From contig NC_057720.1 in the NCBI RefSeq assembly GCF_004010195.1, positions 1,469,543-1,513,249 of the forward strand: DNA of 43,707 nucleotides, in the 5' to 3' direction. Source of the DNA: Chiloscyllium plagiosum. Lineage: Eukaryota. Shown one piece after another: positions 12,706 through 21,856 of the stretch; position 1 is the first letter of the stretch, and each line of letters opens with the position of its first letter. Position numbers and translations under genes: made by a program. Below the pieces are notes generated by a model. That model was not told where the DNA came from. It made no database searches and saw nothing but the letters and a program-made list of their open reading frames with translations.

Positions 12706-12782
12706 GGAGGAAGCTGATGAGTATGTGGAGATTGGTGCCCTGAATGGAATCTTTGTGCTTGGACGAAGTATGGGCTTTATTG
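12706..12782 (+). CDS. ACLY: ATP-citrate lyase penultimate coding exon ([26 protein letters not shown])
   Basis: TACAG| acceptor and |GTAAGT donor; 77 bp, phase 2-1; in frame with the two preceding exons. Confidence 0.95.
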
Positions 12783-12813
12783 GTAAGTTCATTATTAGTT
12801 TCCTTTTAGATGA

Positions 12814-13417
12814 TAAACGTGAGTCTCTCTCGTTCCCACAAAACCGCCTATCTGTGCCCCTAACTATCGAGTCCCCAATTACTACTGCTCTGCTCTTCTT
12901 CACCCTTCCCTTCTGAGTAACGGGGACAGGCTCCGTGCCAGAGACCTGAGCCCCGTTACTTACCCCTGGTAAGTCATCCCCCCCACAAGTATCCTCTCCT
13001 TCGCGCTTTTAAAGGGGGAAAAAACCTACCCAGGTAAGCTTACACTAACTGCTTCCGGGTCTCGGCTGCCCCTCTGGTCGTCGTCACTTCCTCCTGGTGC
13101 TCCCGCTCGTTCTGTGAAGAGAGAGTGAAAGAGAAAAAAAAACACCGCTGCCCGCTACCGGTAAGCACTTTTAAAACCAAACGGTCTTACCTTCGCTGCT
13201 GCTCGCACTGGAACTGACTGACCGCTTCGAAGGGTGAGTATAAATACTCACCGCTTTCCTTCCCGGCTGCCCCTCTGGTCGTCGTCACTTCCTCCTGGTG
13301 CTCCCACTCTTTCTGTGAAGAGAGAGTGAAAGAGAAAAAAAAACACCGCTGCCCGCTACCGGTAAGCACTTTTAAAACCAAACGGTCTTACCTTCGCTGC
13401 TGCTCGCACTGGAACTG
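12814..13417 (-). mobile_element. CR1 LINE 5' portion: part of the ORF1 esterase (SGNH/GDSL-like) domain plus CpG-rich 5'UTR with 201-bp monomers; 5' arm of the composite element
   Basis: ORF 12691..12903 reads [26 protein letters not shown] (CR1 ORF1 esterase motif), then breaks into ACLY intron sequence; direct repeats at 13063-13216 and 13264-13417. Confidence 0.85.
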
Positions 13418-13600
13418 GATAAGCATGTACCTGTCAGGCAGGGAGGAAGTTGTCGAGTGAGGGAGCTATGAAAAGTTGAATCTCTTGTCAAGAAGAAAAA
13501 AAGGCTTATGTTAAGATGAGACGTGAAAGCTACAAGTTGGCCAGGAAAGACCTAAAGAGAGATCTAAGAAGAGTCAGGAGGGGACATGAGAAGTTATTGG
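13418..13600 (+). mobile_element. Older CR1 copy, right half (continuation of 8332-9186)
   Basis: GATAAGCATGTACCTGTCAGGCAGGGAGG... follows ...GAGCTTATTCAGGGAACA-GCTACTGCATGTCCTT in the homologous intact copy (reverse complement of ~23280-23530). Confidence 0.85.
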
Positions 13601-14195
13601 AAGGCCTTTTGGAAATCTAGGTACACCACTTCCACTTGGTCCCCATTGTCCATCTTCCTCATAATGTTTTCATAGAATTCCAAAAGATTTGGTAAACATG
13701 ATCTGCCCTTCATAAACCAATGTTGGGTTTGCCCAATGGGAAAATTTTGATCAAGGTGCCTTGCTGTTTCTTCCTTGATAACAGACTCAAGCATCTTCCC
13801 CACTACAGAGGTCAAGCTAACCAGTCTATAATTCCCCATCTTTTGTCTACCTCCCTTTTTAAACCATGGCGTCACATTTGCTATTTTCCAATCTGCTGGG
13901 ACTGCCCCAGAGTCCAGCGAATTTTAGAAAATTACTACCAGTGCACTTGAAGATGGATACAAAATACCTATGCAATGCCTCGGCCATTTCATCATATCTT
14001 GTAACTAAATACCCATTCTCATCCTCTAAAGGTCCAATGTTTACTTTAGCCACTCTTTTTCATTTTATATATTTATAGAAATGTTTGCTATCTGTCTTTA
14101 TATTCTGTGTGAGTTTTTTTCTTACATTCTATCGTACTTTTCTTTATAGGTCTTTGTGGCTTTCTGTTGACCTTTAAAGTTTTCCCAATCTTCTT
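13601..14195 (-). mobile_element. CR1-clade RT fragment
   Basis: ORFs 13594..13875 and 13859..14053 give GNYRLVSLTSVVGK and YLDFQKAF. Confidence 0.8.
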
Positions 14196-15466
14196 TAGCC
14201 ACTTTAGAGATGGCGAGAGAAATAGCAAGTGCACTGATGAGAATTTTGGAAAATTACCTGGACTTGGGCAGTCACAGCAGATTGGATGGTAGTTGTGAAT
14301 TTACAATGTGCAAATTACAAAGTTGGAGGAGCTGAGTGAGTTTTTGAGTGGATCTTGTACATGGTACACTCTGCTAGTGAGCGATGGATGATGGAGGGAG
14401 TGGATGAACAAAAGAGCAAAGAAAATTTACAGCCCAGGAATATGCCCTCCAAGCCTGAGCAAATCCAAATCCACTGTCTAAACCCGGGGCCCAATTCCAA
14501 AGCAATTGTATCCCTCTATTCCCCACGACTCATACATCTGTCCAGACGTATTTTAAATGAATCTACCTCTACTACCTCTGCCGGCAACACGTTCCAGGCC
14601 CCTACCACACTCTGTGTAAAGTACTTGCCGCATGTATCCCCCTTAAACTTTTTCACCTCGCGCCTTGAAAGCGTGACCTCTCGTTATTGAATCCTTCAGC
14701 CTGGGAAACAGCTTATCTCTATCTACCTCGTCTATACCCATCATGATTTTGTAAATCTCAATCAGGTCTACAAAAAGGAAACCCTCAGTCTCCTTTTTTC
14801 TAATGAAAACAATCCTAACCGACTCAACCTCTCTTCATAGCTAGCACCTTCCATACCAGGCAACAATCTTCTCTGCACCTCTCCAAAGTGTCCACATCCT
14901 TTCGGTAATGTGGCGACCAGAACTGTACACAGTATTCTAAATGCGGCTGAACCAACTTTGTGTACAATTTTAACATGATCTGCCAGCTCTTATACTCAAT
15001 ACCTTGTCCAATGAAGACAAGCATACCATATGCCTTCTTGACCACTCTATCCACCTGTGCAGCAACTTTCAGGATACAATGGACCTGAACTCCCAGATCT
15101 TCTGCATCTTCAACTTTTCCCAAGACTCTTCCGTTTACTGTATAATTCGCTCTAGATATAAATGGACTTCCCAAAGTGCATCACCTCACATTTGCCTGGA
15201 TTGAACTCCATCTGCCACTTCTCCGCCCAACTCTCCAGTCTATCTATATCCTCCTGTATTCTTTGACAGTCCCCTATGCTTTCTGCTACTCTACCAATCT
15301 TTGTGTCATCTGCAAATTTGCTGATATACCAACAGTGCCCTCTTCCAGATCATTTATGTATATCACAAACAGCAGTGGCCCCAGCACTGACCCCTGTGGA
15401 ACACCACTGGGAACCTTTCTCTATTTTGAGAAACTCCCTTCAACTACTACACTCTGTCTCCTGTTG

Positions 15467-15979
15467 CCCCTAAAGGAGCCTTCCACACCCATCAAAGTTT
15501 TACCTGCACATCCACTAATATCATATATTGTATCCGTTGCTCCCGATGCGGACTCCTCTACATTGGGGAGACTGGGCACCTCCTAGCATAGCGCTTTAGG
15601 GAACATCTCCGGGACACCTGCACCAATCAACCACATCGCCCTGTGGCCCAACATTTCAACTCCCCCTCCCACTCTACCGAGGACATGGAGGTCCTGGGCC
15701 TCCTTCACCACCACTCCCTCACCACCAGACGCCTGGAGGAAGAATGCCTCATCTTCCGCCTCGGAACACTTCAACCCCAGGGCACCAATGTGGATTTCAA
15801 CAGTTTCCTCATTTCCCCTTCCCCCACTTATCTCTCCACGCTTCAGGCTCACTGCCTTTATTCCTGATGAAGGGCTTTTGCCCGAAACGTCAATTTCGAT
15901 GCTGCCTGAACTGCTCTGCTCTTCCAGCACCACTAATCCAGAATCTGGTTTCTAGCATCTGCAGTCATTGTTTTTACCT
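15467..15979 (+). mobile_element. Penelope-like element 3' fragment (Neptune-type GIY-YIG endonuclease plus terminal repeat)
   Basis: Translates FTCTSTNIIYCIRCSRCGLLYIGETG...RFREH...VAQHFN...LIFRLGTLQPQGTNVDF, followed by a hammerhead core. Confidence 0.9.
15861..15895 (+). ncRNA. Minimal hammerhead ribozyme motif
   Basis: CUGAUGA-A-GGGC-UUUU-GCCC-GAAAC-GUC. Confidence 0.7.
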
Positions 15980-17318
15980 AGTTCTTTATCCACCTCGCTA
16001 CAACCCTGCACACCATGTGACTTCATTTTCACTTTTAGTTTACCATGGGGAACCTTATCAAATGCCTTACTAAATTTCATATATATGACACCTACAATCC
16101 CTCCTTCATCTTATCAACTTGGTCACTTCCTCAACTCTATTAAGTTGTTAAGAAACGATCTCACCCACACAAAACTATGTTGCCTATCACTGATAAGCCA
16201 TTCTTTTCCAAATATAAATAGATTTTATCCCTCAGTACCTTCTCCAGCAACTTTCCCACCACTGGCATCAGGCTGTAGTTACCTGGAATATCTCTACTAC
16301 CCTTGTACAGGGGGACAACATGAGTAACTGTCCAGTCCTCTGGCATTTCACCTGTGTTTGAGGATGCCACAAAGATATCTGTCAGGGCCCCAGCTATTTC
16401 CCCTCTCACCTCCCTCAGCAACTTGGGATAGATCCCATCCAGTCCTGGGGATTTGTCCACCTTAATAACCTCTAGCATACCCAACACATCTTTCCTACTT
16501 ATGTCAACGTGATCCAGAGTAATCAAACTTCAATCTCTAATCTAATTTTTCATCATGTTCCTCTCCTCACTGAACACTGATGCAAAGTAATTATTCAGAA
16601 TCTCGCCCTTTTTCTCAGGTTCGACACACAGCCTTCCTTCATTATCCTTTAGTGGACCAATTCTTTCTCTAGTTACCCACTTGCTTCTTATATAAGAATA
16701 AAAGGCTTTGGGGTTCTCCTTAATTCTGCTCGCTAAAGCTATTTCATGACCCCTCTTAGCCCGCTTGATTCCTCATTGGACTTGTCCTACTCTTCCAATA
16801 TTCCTCCAGGGCCAGTTCTGTTCTTAGCTGCCTAGACCTAATGTATGCTTCCCTTTTTCTCTTGGCTAGTTGTACGATTTCCCCTGTCATCCATGGTTCA
16901 CGAATTTTGCCCTTCCTATCCTTTGCTTTCAAAGGGACATGCCTATCCTGCACTGTCTTTAACCTATCTTTGAAAGCCTCCCACATATCAAATGTGGACT
17001 TCCCTTTCAAATAGCTGTATCCAATTCACATTTCCCAGCTCCTGCCTAATCTTGATATCATTGGCCTTGGTGCAGTTTAGTACTGTTCCCTTAGGACCAC
17101 TCTCATCTTTGTCTATAAGTATTCTAAAACTTACAGAATTGTGGTCACTGTTTCCAAAGAAATCCCCCACCGCAACTTCTACCACCTGGCCTAGCTCATT
17201 CGCCAATACCAGGTCCAATATGGCCCCTTCCCTCGTCAAACTATTGACACACTGTGGATGTGGTGCCAATCGAGCAGTATGGTTTATCCTGGATGGTGTC
17301 AAGCTTCTTGAGTGTTTA

Positions 17319-17533
17319 CTTAGATTAGATTACTTAGATTCCCTACACTGTGAAAACAGGCCCTTCGGCCCAACAAGTCCACACCGACCCTCCGAAGAGC
17401 AACCCATCCAGACCTATTGCCCACATTTACCCCTTCACCTGACAGTACAGGCAATTTAGCACGGCAAATTCACCTAACCTGCACATCTTTGGGCTATGGG
17501 AGGAAGCAGGAGCACCCGGAGGAAACCCACGCA
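17319..17533 (-). mobile_element. HE1/V-SINE-like SINE, 3' part
   Basis: (TTAGA)n tail followed by the reverse complement of the 8770-9087 element body. Confidence 0.8.
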
Positions 17534-17711
17534 ATTTGCTAGATAGCAACTGTGCAAAAGACCTGGTGTTTTGGGCCTCATCAAGCCATTCATTAAAATA
17601 AGTGTTTTTGATGCCAAATATTTAACCAACCAGAATTTCCTCAATAAGTCATAAAGTATTTATGAACTGTAGCCACTGGTGTAATGTAGGCAAGGCAGAT
17701 GCTAATTTGTG

Positions 17712-17912
17712 GAGAAAGCGAGGTCTGCAGATGCTGGAGATCAGAGATGGAAATGTGTTGCTTGAAAAGCGCAGCAGGTCAGGCAGCATCTAGGGAACAG
17801 GAGAATCGACGTTTCGGGCTAATGCCCGAAACGTCGATTCCTGAAGAAGGGCTAATGCCCGAAACGTCGATTCTCCTGTTCCCTAGATGCTGCCTGACCT
17901 GCTGCGCTTTTC
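17712..17912. mobile_element. Palindromic PLE-derived short element with hammerhead core
   Basis: Inverted arms around CTGAAGAAGGGCTAATGCCCGAAACGTC; 16-bp direct repeat CAGATGCTAATTTGTG (17696-17711, 17913-17928). Confidence 0.85.
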
Positions 17913-18127
17913 CAGATGCTAATTTGTGCACAGCAAGCCCCATCACACAGCATCCTCATTCAAAACATCATTGGTATTGTGTCAATGATCGAGAGATGAA
18001 TAGTAATGAGGTCACAGGGAAGAACTCCTGCTCTTTCTCTTGCAGTGGATCAAGCACTTCTGAGCACCTGATAGATGACCTGGAGTGTCAATTTAATATA
18101 TCCATCTGAAAGCACGGAATCATCAGT

Positions 18128-18762
18128 ACTGACCCTCTGACAGTGTGACATTCCCTCAGTACTGACAGTGCGACATTCCCTCAGCACTGACACTCTGACA
18201 GTGTTGTGTTCCGTCAGGGCTGACCCTCTGACAGTGTGGCACTCCCTCAGCACTGACCCTTCGACCATGTGGACTCCCTCAGCACTGACCCTTCGATCAT
18301 GTGGCACTGGGGTGGTGATGGCCTAGTGGTATTATTGCTGGACTGTTTATCCAGATATCCTGAAATCTTTTTTTCTCGAGTTCGAATTCTACCATGGCAG
18401 ATGGTGGAATTTGAATTCAATAAAAATCTAGAAATTAGTCTCATGATGACCAAGAATCCATTGTTAATTTTCAGAAAAAAAACCAACTGGTTCACAAATG
18501 TCCTTGAGGGAAGGAAACTGCCATCCTTACCTGGTCTGGCCTACATGTGACTCCAGGACCATAGCAATCTGGGCGACTCATAATTGTCCTCTGGGCAATT
18601 AGGGATGGGCTTCAAATGCTGACCCAAACAGCCCACGTCCAATGAGTGAATAAATTTTTTAAAACTCCCTCAGCACTGACCCTCCAATAGTGCGGCACTC
18701 CCTCAGCACTGACCCTCTGACAGTGCGGCACTCCCTCAGCACTGACCCTCCGATAGTGCGGC
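18128..18762 (+). repeat. 33-bp minisatellite (CTGACCCTCTGACAGTGCGGCACTCCCTCAGCA) within a DeuSINE-like relic, split by a SINE
   Basis: Tandem units at 18128-18307 and 18665-18762. Confidence 0.85.
18308..18664 (+). mobile_element. tRNA-derived SINE (same family as 690-1045)
   Basis: GATGGCCTAGTGGTATTA...GAGTTCGAATT...GGAAGGAAACTGCCATCCTTACC...GGGCAATTAGGGATGGGC. Confidence 0.8.
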
Positions 18763-19280
18763 AAAATGCAGTGGTAACCACCTTAACCAATGACGTTGAT
18801 ATTCTCTTACCTTTGCTTTCAGGTTCGGTGAAGCTCAAATGTTTCTAATGAAATTTGAAAACTCTTCTCAGCAATACTGCAATCCTTTGTAAATCCACGT
18901 GGAACAATTCATCTATGACACATTTCTAAAGATTTGCTTGTTTTTTAGTTAATTGGAAATATCTCAACCCATTTTAAATGATAATCTATCAAAACCAATA
19001 GCTGCAGCCCTTCAATCTCTGCAAATTCAATCTACAACCCCAGCCACAAGCTCTCAGGTGTCAGAGCCTAGCATTCTCCATACCATTTCACTGTGTCGTT
19101 AGCGCCTTTTTTTAACCCTGGCCATCAAACATAGTTTCTCATTGGTCTCTGTCAAACACGTTCCCAATCGCTGATCATGAAGAGTTTCATCGACTAACAA
19201 ATCATTTTTACAGCTGGGATCACTATTGGCCAGAAACTGAACTGGACTATCTGTACAAATACAATGACTACTACAGCAAG

Positions 19281-21327
19281 TCTTTCTACAGGTATATCAG
19301 GAATAAAAGAATGACGAGAGTAAGATTAGGGCCAATCAAAGACAGTAGTGGGAAGTTGTGCATGGAGTCAGAGGAGATAGGGGAAGTGCTAAATGAATAC
19401 TTTTCGTCAGTATTCACACTAGAAAAAGACAATGTGGTTGAAGAGAATACTGAGATCCAAGCTACTAGATTGAATGGGATTACAGTGCATAAGGAGGCGA
19501 TGTTAACAATTCTGGAAAGTGTAAAAACAGAAGTCCCCTGGGCTGGATGGGATTTATCCTAGGATTCTCTGGAAAGCCAGGGAGGAGATTGCCGAGCCTT
19601 TGGCTTTGACCTTTGACATCATTGTCTACAGGAATGCTGTGAGAAGACTGGAGAATAGCAAATATTGCCCCCTTGTTCAAAAAGGGGAGTAGAGACAACC
19701 CTGGTAACTATAGACCAGTGAGCCTTACTTCGGTTGTGGGTAAAATGTTGGAAAAGGTTTTAAGAGATAGATTTATAATCATCTAGAGCGGAATAAGTTG
19801 ATTAGGGATAGTCAACACAGTTTTGTGAAGGATAGGTTGTATACCTCACGAAGGTAAAAACAATGACTGCAGATGCTGGAAACCAGATTCTGGATTAGTG
19901 GTCCTGGAAGAGCACAGCAGTTCAGGCAGCATCCAAAGAGCAGTGAAATTAACGTTTCGGGCAAAAGCCCTTCATCAGGAATATTCCTGATGAAGGGCTT
20001 TTGCCCGAAACGCGATTTCGTTGCTCCTGGATGCTGCCTGAACTGCTGTCCTCTTCCAGCACCACTAATCCAGAATCTGTATACCTCACGAACCTTATTG
20101 AGTTCATTGAGAAGGTGACCAAACAGGTGGATGAGGGTAAAGGGGTTGATGTGTATATAAGACTTCAGCGAGGCATTTGATAAGGTTCCTCGTGATAGGC
20201 TATTGCACAAAATACAGAGGCATGGGATTGAGGATGATTAAGCGGCTTGGATCAGAAATTGGCTAGCTGAAAGAAGACAGAGGGTGGTGGTTAATGGGAA
20301 ATATTCATCCTGGAGCTCAGTTACTAGTGGTGTACTGCAAGGATCTGTTTTGAGTCCACTGCTGTTTGTCAGTTTTTTACATGACTTGGATGAGGGCTTG
20401 GAAGGATAAGTTAGTAAATTTGCAGATGATACTAAGATCAGCGGAGTTGTGGACAGTGCCGAAGGATGTTGTATGTTTCAGAGAGACATAGATAAGCTGC
20501 AGAGCTGGGCTGAGAGGTGGTCAATAGAGTTTTGTGTGGAAAGGTGTGAGGTGATGCTCCTTGGAAGGAGTAACAGGAATGCCTAGTACTGGGCTAATAG
20601 TAAGATTCTTGGTAATGTAGATGAGCGGAGAGATCTCGGTGACCATGTACATAGATTCTCAAAAGTTGCCATCCAGGCTGATAAGGTTGTTAAGTAGGCA
20701 TACGGCGTGTTAGCTTTTATTGATGGAGGGATTGAGTTTCAGAACTAAGAGGTCATGCTGCAGCTGTACAAAACTCTGGTGCAGCCGCACTTGGAGTATT
20801 GTGTACAGTTCTGGTCACTGCATTATAGGAAGGATGTGGAAGCTTTGGAAAGGGTTCAGAGGAGATTCACTAGGATGTTGCCTGGTATGGAGGGAAGGTC
20901 TTATGTGGAAAGGTTGAGGGACTTTAGGTTGTTTTTGTTAGAGAGAAGAATGTTGAGAGGTGACTTAATTGAGACATATAAGAATATGAGAGGGTTAAAT
21001 ACGTTGGACAGTGAGAGCTTTTTTCCTCGGATGGTGATGGCTAGCACAAGGGGACATAGCTTTAAATTGAGGGGTGATAAATAAAGGACAGATGTCAGAG
21101 GTAGTCTCTTTACTCAGAGAGTTGTAGGAGCGTGGAACAGCCTGCCTGCAACAGTAGTAGACTCGCCAACTTTAAGGGCATTTAAATGGTCTTTGGATAG
21201 GCATATGGACGAGAATAGGATAGTGTAGGTTAGATGGGCTTCAGATTGGTCCCACAGGTTGGCACAACATCGAGGGCCGAAAGGCCTGTACTGCGCTGCA
21301 TTTTCTATGTTATCTGTGTTCTATGTT
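19281..21327 (+). mobile_element. 5'-truncated CR1 LINE (RT to 3' tail)
   Basis: [25 protein letters not shown] and a TTCTATGT tail; contains stops and frameshifts. Confidence 0.9.
19853..20077. mobile_element. Palindromic PLE-derived short element nested in CR1
   Basis: Arms centred on CATCAGGAATATTCCTGATG; 15-bp direct repeat TGTATACCTCACGAA (19838-19852, 20078-20092); arms match the terminus of the PLE at 15861-15979. Confidence 0.9.
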
Positions 21328-21616
21328 AGAGGTGAGGAATTCTGTAGTAACTCACCTCCTGACTCCCATTAGCCTGTCCGCCATCTACAAGGCACAAGTC
21401 AAAGAAGGGGAATAAGTAGGTCTTTTACAGGAAGTCAGTATGTCATGAAGGGTGAACCACAGTTGCTGGAGCCTCAACTCTTTGTAAAAATGATTTAGAT
21501 GAAGGGATCAATGGTATACTAGCTAAGTTTACATATGGACAACAGTAGGTCAGAAAGTGAATTGTGAAGAGGACGTAAGGAGACTGTGAAGTGAAACAGA
21601 TTAGTTAAGTGAGTAG

Positions 21617-21732
21617 GAGAAAGTGAGGATTGCAGATGCTGGAGATCAGAGCTGAAAATGTGTTGCTGGAAAAGCGCAGCAGGTCAGGCAGCATCCAAGG
21701 AGCAGGAGAATCGACGTTTCGGGCATGAGCCC
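21617..21732 (-). mobile_element. Solo arm of the PLE-derived short element
   Basis: Same family as 17712-17912; 10-bp direct repeat AAGTGAGTAG (21607-21616, 21733-21742). Confidence 0.8.
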
Positions 21733-21856
21733 AAGTGAGTAGACAAGGATCCAGCAAATGGAGTACAATGTGGAAACATGTAAAATTGACCAATTTGGCT
21801 GACTGATTACAAAAGAAGCATTTTATTTAAATAATGAGAGTTTGCTGAGCTCTGAG

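Larger units (their letters stand above)
10340..12813 (+). pseudogene. ACLY: Captured, intron-containing partial ACLY duplicate (3 exons, 2 full introns, partial flanking introns)
   Basis: Bounded abruptly by CR1 sequence on both sides. Neither the preceding exon (...GIGHRVKS) nor the last exon (HYLDQKRLKQGLYRHPW) was found elsewhere in the window. Confidence 0.75.
14408..17253 (-). mobile_element. CR1 LINE (end of endonuclease to 3' tail), decayed, interrupted by a PLE
   Basis: Successive minus-strand ORFs ([33 protein letters not shown]); flanked by GTGGATG on both sides within an older LINE. Confidence 0.85.

Noticed and set aside
10787..12782. Native ACLY locus with long flanking introns
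   Set aside because: Not fully excluded, but the exons lie inside a block that splits a single older LINE, are flanked by collinear CR1 arms, and follow an apparent terminal exon of another gene on the same strand.
18823..18848. Acceptor CTTTGCTTTCAG that would add GSVKLKCF* after the third ACLY exon
   Set aside because: No similarity to the ACLY C-terminus; such acceptor-like motifs are common by chance.
19210..19250. GATCACTATTGGCCAGAAAC resembling the start of the ACLY last exon (HYLDQK)
   Set aside because: It matches the LINE motif ACCATTGACCAGAAACTCAACTGGAC, seen in reverse at ~30435-30465; the frame does not give the ACLY peptide.
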